The notes under the pieces are model-generated. The model had not been told where the DNA came from. It saw only the letters and a program-made list of their open reading frames with translations, and did not search any database. Below are positions 30,791 to 41,074 of a stretch of 64,000 bases of DNA, in pieces. The number at the start of each line of letters is the position of its first letter. Position 1 is the stretch's first letter. The DNA comes from Nitrosopumilus sp. Its GTDB lineage: Archaea > Thermoproteota > Nitrososphaeria > Nitrososphaerales > Nitrosopumilaceae. The stretch covers positions 1,856,001 to 1,920,000 of the forward strand of contig OZ245003.1 in assembly GCA_965223425.1 (NCBI GenBank), in the 5' to 3' direction. The position numbers were made by a program, and so were the translations under genes.

Positions 30791-30910
30791 CTAGCGCATA
30801 TAAAGATCCTGTTAAAAGATTCTGTGTAATCTTCGGTTCATAGATTGAAATGTGGATCTTCTCCAAATTGAAATCCATGTATGGTTCTGGTAAACTCTGA
30901 TGATCTGATC

Positions 30911-31972
30911 GGTGTTGTCGCCAAATTCGACCAAATGATAATTTTGTAATTTTTCACGCATATAGATCAGGGAGGTGTGGGTTCCCCAATAACTCACCAT
31001 AAGAGACGTGATCAGTACTAGAAGTACTATCACGATGTCCACACCAGAGAACTGGATTTTCTCACATCCCACAGCTTCTTTGATTGTGGAGAATCCGTCC
31101 TGTACATGCCAGAAGGCTGGTGCGGGGCGCAAACTGGTACACGGCAAAAACAAGCTTGCATTTCTCTGCATACTATGGTGTGCCTTGACCTTGCATCCAT
31201 GGACATGGGGAACCCTGCAGCTCTGCTGAGGATGGATCCGTGGAACGAACCCCTGCCGGATCAGTACTGTTGCCAAGTTCATGCAGAAGACCCGACTGCA
31301 TGGCTTGAAGGCATCATGCCTGCACTGCAGAATCATGTCTTGCAGGGCCTGATGCCTTCTCCAAACCCAAGCTTGCATCAAAGAGCACACCGGCGTTGCT
31401 ACAGGGGATATTACGTGGTGCAAAAAAATGTCAGAAACAGGCACAGATCAGAGGTAAAACGTCAAAGGTGTGTCAAATGGCACGTGACTGCAGTGCTGGG
31501 CCTGCAGGTCATACTCTCCTGCTGCATGACAGCCAGCAATTAGCAGATACCACAGTGTTTGCATCCCTGATAGAGAAGATCAAAAAGACAGGCATTGCAT
31601 TTTCTGGCAGCGTCAACGCATACAAGGGATATGGCTCTGATGAGAACTTTAGGCTTGTCTTTGATGCCGGCATGACTCCAAACATAAAGCAGGGAAGCAA
31701 GCCATGAGCAGCTCAAAGCCATTTCGCAAAAGGGCGGCAGGAATGTTTGATGCAGATGTCTACAAAAAACGCGGCATGGTGGAGGGGATATTTGGAAGAG
31801 TAGGCAGAGGGTCACCGGTTGCTGTGTAGGTTCAGAAAAAAGTCCACAAGAAGGCGGTTTGGACTGTGCAAGACAACAGGATTGAACCTTGAGGTGCTAA
31901 ACCGTTTGGAATGCGCCGCAAGGCGGAACATAATGGTGGTGGCAGCTTAGATGTGAATTTGGCAACAACCCC
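30911..31972 (+). mobile_element. degenerate IS5-family element
   Basis: IRs GGTGTTGTCGCCAAATTC / GAATTTGGCAACAACCCC; homologous to 23828-24699; multiple stops. Confidence 0.85.
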
Positions 31973-32486
31973 ACGACAAGATCAGGGGGCGGTGAAAGAT
32001 TCGTCTTCAAGCCGGTCATCATGCCAAGGTGTGATGTTAGCCATATTTGCTCTGACGTCAGTGCAGTGAAAGATTCGTCTTCAAGCCGGTCATCATGCCA
32101 AGGGGTAGCCCACGAAAGAGTTCAGGCAGTATTGCCGATAGATACATCGTCTTTGCGACAAACCGCATGCTGCAAAATGACGCAGCTGTGATTCAAAGTT
32201 CCGGAGGAGTACAGGCAGAGGTGGGGAATTGAGACGGGGTACAGGTGTGCAAAGGGCGTCAGGCCGCGCACCACTACACCGTGTGTCAGTCCGCATGTTT
32301 CTGTTCTTCTGGCGTCTTCTTTTGTACAACACATGGATCCTTGCAAGAGTCGGATCAGGTTCTGCCGTCCGGCTTGTCACGATTATGTCCGTGATGATCT
32401 CCGAGGCATTCTGGACTGATCGGATGTTTCACAGGAGGCCTCTGGATCTTGGATGAGGCAGGCCGGGAGCACAATCGGAACTACTG
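31973..32486 (+). pseudogene. ISH3-like transposase C-terminal remnant (second subfamily)
   Basis: YIVFATN, EEYRQRWGIETGYR, LLYNTW; ends GGAACTACTG. Confidence 0.75.
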
Positions 32487-32625
32487 GGGAATGCCAACGG
32501 AATTCCAAATCCATCATTTTTTCGTAACCTGGCAATCCTTTCAGACCCATAACAGATGAGTAATCATCCTGACAGGCAGACGGGTGTGGGAAAGGCAAAA
32601 ATGCTTGCGGCATTTATGAAAAAAT

Positions 32626-33078
32626 ATGCAAGAAAAAGACACGACAATCAAAATAAGAACCAGTCTGATTCGACGACAGCAAGTCATCTTTGTTGCAATG
32701 ATGGCAGTCGGGGCATTCCTGATTACCATGAGCCAGCTAGTGGACCAAAGACTCCTAAGCGAGGGCATAGCCTTTTTTACCATTGGATTCGTAGGAATAC
32801 TAATGTCTTGGACTACAATGGATATCGGAGCTGGCATCAAGGAGGCAATCCATGAGGTCGGCCAGCAAAATCAAAGGGCAATTGCCGAAAACAATCAAAG
32901 ATTTGATAAGACTCTAAACCGCATTGCCGAATCCCAAAAAGATATTGCCGAATCCCAAAAAGATATTGCCGAATCCCAAAAAGATATTGCCAAGGTGTTA
33001 GACAATGTCACAAAATCTCAGGAACGCATGCACAAATCCCAAGACGACATCAAAGACACGATAAAAAACAAAGACTAG
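32626..33078 (+). CDS. two-TM membrane protein with coiled-coil heptad repeat
   Basis: 150 aa; three exact 21-bp repeats encoding IAESQKD. Confidence 0.75.
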   Translation: MQEKDTTIKIRTSLIRRQQVIFVAMMAVGAFLITMSQLVDQRLLSEGIAFFTIGFVGILMSWTTMDIGAGIKEAIHEVGQQNQRAIAENNQRFDKTLNRIAESQKDIAESQKDIAESQKDIAKVLDNVTKSQERMHKSQDDIKDTIKNKD

Positions 33079-33254
33079 GTTCTTCAAACATCCAAACATT
33101 TTTTCGTGACTGGGTCATAGTCCAAACCTGTTTTACCTCCAGCGCCAGCTGTGGGCCGACCCAGCAGACGGGTGTGGGATGATAAATTCTCATGCGGGAA
33201 TAAACGTCAATATGAAAAACGATGTTTTCAGAGTAGCACTACGTCTGTTCTGGC

Positions 33255-33425
33255 ATGACGGATACTGCAATACTTGACGGAATGAGGGTCTACTATAATT
33301 TCACAAAAAAACACTCTGCACTTGGAGGCAGGACATCAGCTCAAGCCTCACTCATGGAGGCTGACGGCTCTAACAAGTGGAAAACCATAATCCAAAACGC
33401 CTCACCAAGCAAGGATTCTCAATAG
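33255..33425 (+). pseudogene. IS6-like DDE transposase C-terminal remnant
   Basis: ILDGMRVYYNFTKKHSALGGRTSAQA...NKWKTIIQNAS*. Confidence 0.7.
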
Positions 33426-33512
33426 GCATGAAATTCAACCTGGAAAAAATTCACATTTCAATCTATGAACCAAAGACTAGACAGATCCTGTCAAGAATCA
33501 AAATTTGAAAAT

Positions 33513-33881
33513 TTAGATGTAATGCATTCGCATATGGATGTTGAGCTCAGTTTCATATTGTGTTACAAAACCACAATGAGCACATGAAAACATTTCAGAT
33601 TGAGGCTCACTGTCTTTTTCTACAGTTCTTCCAGAAATAGACGTTATACTTATCACATCATGACTGGAAATTACAGCAAAATTAGAGCTCTCACCAATTG
33701 AATCCAAATATTCTTTGATTGCAGAAATAACTGCATTAGCATCAATAGTTTCATCATCATCAAAAGTAGATAGAGTGAATTGGTGGTTTTTTAGAGTAGG
33801 TATGGCCTCAACCTTGTCAGAAACATAAACCAGTAAATCATTTTTGATCGATAAAACATCCTTACAGTCAACTATCAGCAT
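33513..33881 (-). CDS. protein with C-terminal C2H2 zinc finger
   Basis: CAHCGF...HMRMH. Confidence 0.8.
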   Translation of the reverse strand: MLIVDCKDVLSIKNDLLVYVSDKVEAIPTLKNHQFTLSTFDDDETIDANAVISAIKEYLDSIGESSNFAVISSHDVISITSISGRTVEKDSEPQSEMFSCAHCGFVTQYETELNIHMRMHYI

Positions 33882-33964
33882 AAACTTTCAAAGTCAAATC
33901 CATATTTTAGTTTAACACGAACATGAAAATGATTATTATGGTTTGATGTGATAAATTTTTGTAG

Positions 33965-34351
33965 ATGGCAATCTCAGAAACATTTGGCATTGAAAAAGGG
34001 CATGGAGGAGAAGTTTTGACATGGCTAAATGAACAGGTAAAATCTCAAGGTACAAAGCTTGAGGCAAGACTGTATGGTTACGATGTATCTACGAAAAATT
34101 TTGGGGATTTTGAAATGTTTTCATGGATGGGGGATGTACAAATTGCACGAAAATTGATCATAAGGGCAAGTAAGAGATTCAAGGTAAAAGTTATCGAAGG
34201 GGGATACAAGCCAAAAGAAAAAGTGTTTAGAATGAAAAAATTTGATTATGCAAAAGTCAAAAAAGGTGACAAAACGATAGGGCAGCTAGAGTTTGTAGTA
34301 TCAAGATTTGGGAACAAACAGTGGGAAATTCAAAATGAAGAACGTCATTAA
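33965..34351 (+). CDS. hypothetical protein
   Basis: 128-aa ORF, backbone composition, upstream of the dehydrogenase. Confidence 0.75.
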   Translation: MAISETFGIEKGHGGEVLTWLNEQVKSQGTKLEARLYGYDVSTKNFGDFEMFSWMGDVQIARKLIIRASKRFKVKVIEGGYKPKEKVFRMKKFDYAKVKKGDKTIGQLEFVVSRFGNKQWEIQNEERH

Positions 34352-34378
34352 ATATACGGCTTTATGGAATAAAAAACG

Positions 34379-35275
34379 ATGAAAAAAATAGGAATTATTG
34401 GGCTTGGGATGTTGGGAAATGCAGTAGCATTACACTTGCTTGATTTAGGTTTTGAAGTAACAGTTTACAATAGAACTGAAGAAAAAACAGCACAGGCCAA
34501 AGAAAAGGGAGCAATGGTTGCAACATCTCCAAAAGAAGTTGCAGAAAATTCAGAGTTAGTCATCACAGTAGTAAAAGATGCAGATGCTGTAAAAAAAGTA
34601 TCATTTGAAAAAAATGGAATCATAGAAGGAAAAAATGAAAGGCCAATTGTTGCAGACATGAGTACCATAGATCCATCAGAATCTAAAAACATCTCAAAGA
34701 AATTTCAAGAGCATGGGATTCAGAAGTTAGATATTCCGGTAATGGGGGGGCCAAATGTCGCCATAACAGGAGATTTGGTCATGATGGCATCAGGAGATAA
34801 AGAAAGTTTTGAGCATTGCAGAAATATTTTTGAAAAGACTGCAAACAAAGTGTTTTTCCTGGGAGAGTCAGGGACGGCTCATTCAGTCAAATTAGCCATG
34901 AATTTACAGATAACCATGCTTGCACTGGCGCTATCTGAAGGAATTACTCTTGTTAAAAAAGCAGATGTGGATCCAAAAATATTTCTTGAAATTTTAAACT
35001 CTACGTATTTTAAAACTGGAATGAGCGAAAAGAAAGCATACAAAATGATTGAAGGAAAATATGACACAACATTCACACTTGCCAATCTAAAAAAAGACAT
35101 TAGCACAATGATACGCGCCTCAGAATCCATGGGAATAGAACTGCCAATGACTAAAAAAGCCGAAGAGATCTACGAAAATGCAGTCAGGGAGGGATTTGGG
35201 GAGACAGATTATACTGGAATTATTGAATACATTAAAAAAATCAACAAAGGCAGACAAAACCGGATTTGTAAGTAG
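34379..35275 (+). CDS. NAD(P)-dependent beta-hydroxyacid dehydrogenase (3-hydroxyisobutyrate DH family)
   Basis: IGIIGLGMLG, YNRT, DMSTI, DIPVMGG, KLAMN. Confidence 0.92.
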   Translation: MKKIGIIGLGMLGNAVALHLLDLGFEVTVYNRTEEKTAQAKEKGAMVATSPKEVAENSELVITVVKDADAVKKVSFEKNGIIEGKNERPIVADMSTIDPSESKNISKKFQEHGIQKLDIPVMGGPNVAITGDLVMMASGDKESFEHCRNIFEKTANKVFFLGESGTAHSVKLAMNLQITMLALALSEGITLVKKADVDPKIFLEILNSTYFKTGMSEKKAYKMIEGKYDTTFTLANLKKDISTMIRASESMGIELPMTKKAEEIYENAVREGFGETDYTGIIEYIKKINKGRQNRICK

Positions 35276-35318
35276 GATGCGGCAAAAATTCTATAAGTTA
35301 CGGCAATAATACGACTAT

Positions 35319-36080
35319 ATGCGATTAAACGGCAAAGTTGCAATTGTTACTGGGGCATCAAGTGACATTGGTAAGGGAATTGTAAAGAGATTCGTAGAAG
35401 AAGGAGCCAAGGTGATCCTAATTGCAAGAAATCTAGAGGGATTGGAAAAGACACGAAAAGAGATAAGAGATGAGGATTCAACAGCATCACTAACATGTGA
35501 CTTGACTGATGAATCACAGGCATTGCAAGTTGTAAATCAAATCATGGATACGTATGGAAAAATCGACATTTTGGTTAACAATGCAGGGGCAATCAATGAT
35601 CCTGTACATTTTCATGAAATGAAAGACGCAGAAATTAAAAATCTTATCGACGTTAACTTGTTAGGTGTTTTTCATATGACAAAAGCTGTGCTTTCAAAAA
35701 TGTCAGATGTTAAAAGCGGCACAATTGTAAACATTGGCTCTATTTCCAGTGAAAGAGCAATTCCAAGAGTTCACTTGGCAGTGTATTCGGCTACAAAAGC
35801 AGCGATTTCGATGTTTACAAAATCAATTGCAGTAGAATATGCAAGAAGAGATATCAGGTGCAACTGTGTCAATCCAGGAATTATCAATTCAGGCATGATA
35901 AAGCCATATCTTGATGATCCCCAAGCAAGAAAGGTTCTAGAAGAAAGATTGCCCCTAGCAAGAGTCGGTGAGCCTGTAGATGTCGCAAATGCCGCACTCT
36001 ATTTAGCATCTGACGAGTCAAACTGGGTCACGGGAACCATTCTAAATGTTGATGGCGGTAAAACAGCTTCAGAAGGATGA
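35319..36080 (+). CDS. short-chain dehydrogenase/reductase
   Basis: [22 protein letters not shown]. Confidence 0.95.
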   Translation: MRLNGKVAIVTGASSDIGKGIVKRFVEEGAKVILIARNLEGLEKTRKEIRDEDSTASLTCDLTDESQALQVVNQIMDTYGKIDILVNNAGAINDPVHFHEMKDAEIKNLIDVNLLGVFHMTKAVLSKMSDVKSGTIVNIGSISSERAIPRVHLAVYSATKAAISMFTKSIAVEYARRDIRCNCVNPGIINSGMIKPYLDDPQARKVLEERLPLARVGEPVDVANAALYLASDESNWVTGTILNVDGGKTASEG

Positions 36081-36674
36081 TTGATTCTGCAAAAATGTTT
36101 TTGCAAGTAACTGGGATACCCGTATGGGCTCTGGAACAGAGCCATGCAGTGTTAGTTCATCTAAAAGATGTTTGACATCGCTTAAAGTACAGCCTTCTTT
36201 TCTAACAAAGATATCGTGTGACGTGCCTAGAGTAATTTTTTCCCGTTTTCCTAGTTTTTGATATTCAGTAATTTTTGACTTGAACGAAGTTGGAAAATGT
36301 TTCTTAATCGCTCCTTCAATTCCTGTCGAGTCACGATAAGAGATCCCAATGATTGGAATTTTTAGAGAGTCGTACAATTTTTTTATGCTTATGATATTGT
36401 ACATGGACACGATTAGCCCAGAAATTAAAACATAGCTGATATCAGGCCTCTGAAGATCATCATACATTTCTAAGATGGTGTCAGTAGCATCATCCCCCTC
36501 TAGTGTTGCGCCTCCAAATACAAAACCATCAATTACAAAATCTCGACGCATGACAATTCCCGCGAAAACGGATTTTTGAGAACGTTGTTTAAAACTTTCA
36601 GCAACTGCCAATCCGCGTAAACCTTTTTTTTCAAGATGAAGAGATCTCACGGTTCTTTCTCCTCGCATATGCAC
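36069..36674 (-). CDS. DUF99 family protein (endonuclease V-like)
   Basis: GIVMRRD..IDG, GDDATD, PEPIRVS; start probably GTG near 36650. Confidence 0.85.
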   Translation of the reverse strand: MHMRGERTVRSLHLEKKGLRGLAVAESFKQRSQKSVFAGIVMRRDFVIDGFVFGGATLEGDDATDTILEMYDDLQRPDISYVLISGLIVSMYNIISIKKLYDSLKIPIIGISYRDSTGIEGAIKKHFPTSFKSKITEYQKLGKREKITLGTSHDIFVRKEGCTLSDVKHLLDELTLHGSVPEPIRVSQLLAKTFLQNQSSF

Positions 36675-36823
36675 GATAGCTTAGTCCAGTAATTATCATG
36701 ATAATTCCGGTAACTGCAGACCACATTACAAATGGCAAGATTACAGATTCATCCACAAACGATAGTGAATTTCTAAACATCTAAAGTTTCGGTTCAAGGC
36801 ACATAATTTCCAAGAGGAGTTCT

Positions 36824-36964
36824 GGTTCTGTGAAGTTGTCGGTACATGACAAAATACGGATCTTCTCTGGATTGGAATAACAAATGGAAGACTTTGATTC
36901 AAAACGCCTCATTGAGCCAATACCAGTAGTGATTTTGGTCATGTACCGATAACTTCACAGAACC
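36824..36964 (+). mobile_element. 141-bp IS6-derived MITE
   Basis: 27-bp TIRs; interior encodes NKWKTLIQNAS like the remnant at 33370. Confidence 0.85.
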
Positions 36965-37007
36965 ATCAATAGGATCACTTTAATAAGTTAGATTTCGAGA
37001 TCCCTCG

Positions 37008-37934
37008 ATGAATGGAAAACCCGTTTTGGTATTGTCGCTGTCTGTCGTATTTGTGTTGGGTGCCTACCTTGCCCCCCTGTCACACTCTGACTATCCCCCT
37101 CCATTAAAACAAATCAAAAACGGCGTAGAGTCAGAGGACATACAGTGCAACTCTGATCGCGTTCACGTGGTCCGTCCAAACGGGGATCATGCGTGTGTGA
37201 CCGAAAAAACCGCACAAAAAACCAGCTGGAGAGTCGTCCAAAAAACATCGGATGCTGATCCTGTGGAACCAAAGATGATAGAGCTCAACGTTGCATCACC
37301 TGTAGAATTTGTTGACGATGGAAGGGAGGTCAAAAGATCCGTGCTGCAAAGGTCGCCGGCCCCCTGGCCCATGTATGAGAGAATCATGGACAGCCAGATA
37401 ACCCCTGATGATGTCGGATCTGACGGTCTTGCAAGGGTTTCCAGTACTCCGCATGAGAAATACTCTGTGAATCCCGGGGTTGGATTCTATATTGGGGACT
37501 GGTTTCCAACACACATTCTAGACGGATACAAGCTGTTGTATGCTGAAACTGAATGTCACCCATCAGGTAATTGTGGTTTAACAATACAGTACGTTCCAAC
37601 CACTTTTGTGTTGCATCAAAACGTAACAAATTATGACTTGGATGTTTCAAAAGGATTTATGGTTGGTGTAAAATATAGTGTTGAACCATTAGATGAAATC
37701 GAAGATGCGATTGAAGAAGGTAAGGAAATTGACGAGTCACAACATGGTAATTATGGAAGAGGTTTTGTTAACATGACACGTGACGGAAAAACAGTTTATG
37801 CTTTTGAAGGAGGAAATTCATTGAATCATTATAGAGCTATTTTGTCTTATCAGATAAACGATCATGTCAATTTTCATGTAATATCCAACTATCACACACT
37901 TGATGAACTACTTCCGGTCTTTAACAGCATATGA
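37008..37934 (+). CDS. secreted protein with PLKQ-type two-Cys module
   Basis: signal peptide, PPLKQIKNGVESEDIQC...HACV; stop overlaps the next start (ATGA). Confidence 0.85.
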   Translation: MNGKPVLVLSLSVVFVLGAYLAPLSHSDYPPPLKQIKNGVESEDIQCNSDRVHVVRPNGDHACVTEKTAQKTSWRVVQKTSDADPVEPKMIELNVASPVEFVDDGREVKRSVLQRSPAPWPMYERIMDSQITPDDVGSDGLARVSSTPHEKYSVNPGVGFYIGDWFPTHILDGYKLLYAETECHPSGNCGLTIQYVPTTFVLHQNVTNYDLDVSKGFMVGVKYSVEPLDEIEDAIEEGKEIDESQHGNYGRGFVNMTRDGKTVYAFEGGNSLNHYRAILSYQINDHVNFHVISNYHTLDELLPVFNSI

Positions 37935-40654
37935 AATTGACCAAATTTCTCATCTTATTTTCTGTTGTATTTGCATTAGGTGTTGTTGCATATGATCAAG
38001 AAGCATTTGGAATTTTAGGCTGTGACAATCCTCACTGCTATGCGTTACAACAGACAAGCCGTTCCACTTCAATTCAAGGTATTGAATATGAATTGGATTC
38101 TCCTGACTTGTGGGTTGACAGAACGGCTTGTGCAAACATTGCAGTATCTACTGGATGGTTAGTTGCAAATACATTAAGTGGTAATAGTGGACATGAGTGG
38201 GTCGAATCAGGTGTTACAAAGGGTCATATTGAAAATGTAGGCTGTGTGACATTACTAAGCACATATTATGCTTTTAATAACCTTGACAGTCAAGATAGGC
38301 CAACATATCAAGAATACCTAGTCCCAAACGGCCGTGTTGATCCTGGAGATGATATCACAGTAAAGATACAAAAACATGGAGCAAACCAAGTCCAGGTGTA
38401 TGTTACCACCCCTGACAGGACAAGCTCGTTTCCGGTTGCTCAGATCAATTTAGATTCTAGAAACGTATACTATGGAGATTATGGAATAGAAGGCACAATC
38501 TCTGCCACAGATGAATACTCTTCAATTCCAATGAGCAAGTTTACAAACATGAAGATAAAACAAGGCACTACTTGGAGCAATCTTCCAGCCTCTGCAACTG
38601 TCTACGAACCAGATACTGACGAAGGATATCTCGGCCAAGAGTGTACAGGTAATGCATTTGTTGCTGGAAGTGTTACATCACTTGACTGTGACGTTGTTGC
38701 TACAAGAAACCAGATCCCAACTGTAAGCACTCAGGTAGTCAATGTAAACACGAACGCACCTAAAACAATCGGCCTAGATGCGATAGATACTGACAATGAC
38801 TATCTGACATACAATCTTGTAGAGCTGCCGACAAATGGATTCCTAGACCATAACAACAAAGCTCAAAAGATCCCAAACACCGATGGTGATTCGGCTTCAC
38901 TTGTTTACACCCCTGCAAATACAACTCCTGAATCCGATACAATACGATACTCTGTTACAGACAAGAGAATCGGCCACACAAGAGAGGGACTGATATCAAT
39001 AATAGGACCAACACCGGCTGACACGGTACCTGATGCGGTAGATGACTTTTCTCACACATTGGATGGAAATGTCATTACATTTACCTGGGGGATTCCAGAT
39101 GACGGGGGCTCTGAAATTACTTCGTTCAGAATGGAAAGGTCAGCAGATACCGAAAGCTGGATGCAGCATAATACGGTTTCTGAAACCACTACAAGCCTAA
39201 ACTATACCCGACAGCCGGGATACGACCAATACTTTAGAATATTTGCCAAAAATGCAATAGGATACTCTGCTGCCTCAAATCTGGTACATGTACATATCAA
39301 CGACAATACCCCGCCAACCATAAACATCAACTCCCCGACAAACGGATCCATCATAACCCAGCCCAGCATTCCAGTCTCCGGATCCGTCTCAGAGTTTGAC
39401 AACTCCGGAATAGAATATGTGCTCATCTATGTTGACGGGACCATCGTCTCCGATCCAATCTCTACTCCCTTTGTTTCGTCTACAACCACAAGATTCGAGT
39501 CCAGCATAACGGGGTTAGACAATGGAAACCATACCATTACAGTAAAATCGGCAAATGGGGACGGAGCCACTGCAAGCAAGAGCGTCGACATCACGCTTGC
39601 AGTGCCCGCTTCAACCACTCTTGATTCATTTGCTGAGGACTTTGAGGGGGAGGAGATGTCAAACTGGATTTTAACCACGGAGGACGATGAGTTTTGGTCC
39701 ATCAGGGCCAGCCCCATCGAACCTGTCCCCAACTCCAAGGCAGGAAACAAGGTGGGAGGGACAGAAGACTGTGACGATGTCTGCTCCATGATAATGATAG
39801 ACAGGGTGGACTTGACAGGAATGTCGGAGCCGACCCTCAGCTTTTACAGGTTTGTTGCAACGGGAGCTGATGTTTCAAACAACGAGGGAATCTACGTCTA
39901 TACTTCGGAAGACGATGGCGACACGTGGATCCTGCTGGACAGCTTTACTGCCAATGAATCAAAAGACGACGGAATCTGGCACTTGGAGGAATACAGCCTT
40001 GTAAATTCATCGTCATCTGATTTTAAAGTAAAATTTGACGCGCGTTCCAGCTCAAACAGCGAAGACACGGAACTTGACGATGTCCTGATTTATGATGCTG
40101 CCGCGGCCGTGGACACTACTGCTCCTGTTCTTACAGTTCCCGATGACAGAATATTCGAGGCAACCGGCACCGAGACGCCGTTAAACAACACCCAGATTGG
40201 CGTGGCGACGGCCACCGATGACACTGATCCCGCCCCGGTTGTTTCAAACAACTCCACGGGGCTGTTCGTACTGGGGGACACCGCAATTTTGTGGACTGCA
40301 ACGGATGATGCCGGCAACACTGCCAATGCAACTCAGACAATCACCATACGGGACACCACTCCCCCAGCGGTATCTGTGCAGGATGACATTGCCATGTATT
40401 TTGAACCGGGTGCCGCATACGTGGTAAACTTTGACGTGCCTGCGGCCACAGATACCGTAGACGGCGATGTAGCCGTCGCCTGTGACTATCCGCAGAACTT
40501 TGCGTTTGCCTTGGGCACTACGACCGTAACCTGTACTGCGACTGATGGTGCCGGTAACACTGCCACTACCAGCTTTGATGTAACCGTAGGCAGTTCATCT
40601 TTTGTTGGTACTCGCATCACCCCACCGCCACAATATCCGCCTACCCTACCTTAA
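37931..40654 (+). CDS. large secreted multidomain protein (peptidase-like N-terminal domain, Ig-like, Fn3, HYR)
   Basis: signal peptide; Fn3 (W..P.DDGGSEITSF, RIFAKNAIG); DTTAP/DTTPP HYR-type repeats; N-terminal WVESG and GIEG motifs. Confidence 0.85.
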   Translation: MKLTKFLILFSVVFALGVVAYDQEAFGILGCDNPHCYALQQTSRSTSIQGIEYELDSPDLWVDRTACANIAVSTGWLVANTLSGNSGHEWVESGVTKGHIENVGCVTLLSTYYAFNNLDSQDRPTYQEYLVPNGRVDPGDDITVKIQKHGANQVQVYVTTPDRTSSFPVAQINLDSRNVYYGDYGIEGTISATDEYSSIPMSKFTNMKIKQGTTWSNLPASATVYEPDTDEGYLGQECTGNAFVAGSVTSLDCDVVATRNQIPTVSTQVVNVNTNAPKTIGLDAIDTDNDYLTYNLVELPTNGFLDHNNKAQKIPNTDGDSASLVYTPANTTPESDTIRYSVTDKRIGHTREGLISIIGPTPADTVPDAVDDFSHTLDGNVITFTWGIPDDGGSEITSFRMERSADTESWMQHNTVSETTTSLNYTRQPGYDQYFRIFAKNAIGYSAASNLVHVHINDNTPPTININSPTNGSIITQPSIPVSGSVSEFDNSGIEYVLIYVDGTIVSDPISTPFVSSTTTRFESSITGLDNGNHTITVKSANGDGATASKSVDITLAVPASTTLDSFAEDFEGEEMSNWILTTEDDEFWSIRASPIEPVPNSKAGNKVGGTEDCDDVCSMIMIDRVDLTGMSEPTLSFYRFVATGADVSNNEGIYVYTSEDDGDTWILLDSFTANESKDDGIWHLEEYSLVNSSSSDFKVKFDARSSSNSEDTELDDVLIYDAAAAVDTTAPVLTVPDDRIFEATGTETPLNNTQIGVATATDDTDPAPVVSNNSTGLFVLGDTAILWTATDDAGNTANATQTITIRDTTPPAVSVQDDIAMYFEPGAAYVVNFDVPAATDTVDGDVAVACDYPQNFAFALGTTTVTCTATDGAGNTATTSFDVTVGSSSFVGTRITPPPQYPPTLP

Positions 40655-40748
40655 GAAGCACACGATCTCAGATCCTGCCGGCCTTGCAAAGGACGCGTCG
40701 GATTTCGTCTCTGCCAACTCGGTGGCCGGCAGGCCAAAAGGTCCTGTA

Positions 40749-40841
40749 CGTAGTGTCTTCATCAAATAATCGAACACAAATTTGCGATACTCTACCTGTT
40801 TTGACACGAAGATGATTGGTTTTCAAGTAAAGACACTACGG
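40749..40841. mobile_element. IS630-type MITE
   Basis: TA|CGTAGTGTCTT...AAGACACTACGG|TA; same terminal bases as the IS630 at 58576-59719. Confidence 0.6.
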
Positions 40842-41074
40842 TAGTGTCGGGGAATAGGCACGCCGTACCGGCGGAGGACGAGGCGTTCCGGGGGATCCCA
40901 CACGGACCGGGATGCGGACGGGGGAGGTGCCTCAAGCGCGCAAGACCGAAAAATGTCTACGACGGCCCCGTAGGAACGGAGGAATCGGTACGGATGACGG
41001 TTCGCAGAAAGGAGGCCGCGCCGGTCAAAGCGGCCGACTATCTAACGCGTTGACTGCAGTTCCCCTTAACCACC

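Larger units (their letters stand above)
30818..33488 (+). mobile_element. degenerate IS6-like element with nested ISs and a cargo gene
   Basis: ~60-bp imperfect TIRs sharing GGTTCATAGATTGAAATGTG; degenerate 8-bp TSD TGTTAAAA/TGTCAAGA; transposase C-terminal remnant next to the right end. Confidence 0.7.

Noticed and set aside
31992-32103. CRISPR array
   Set aside because: Only two repeats, the repeat is transposase coding sequence, and there are no cas genes or leader in the window; kept only as an unusual duplication.
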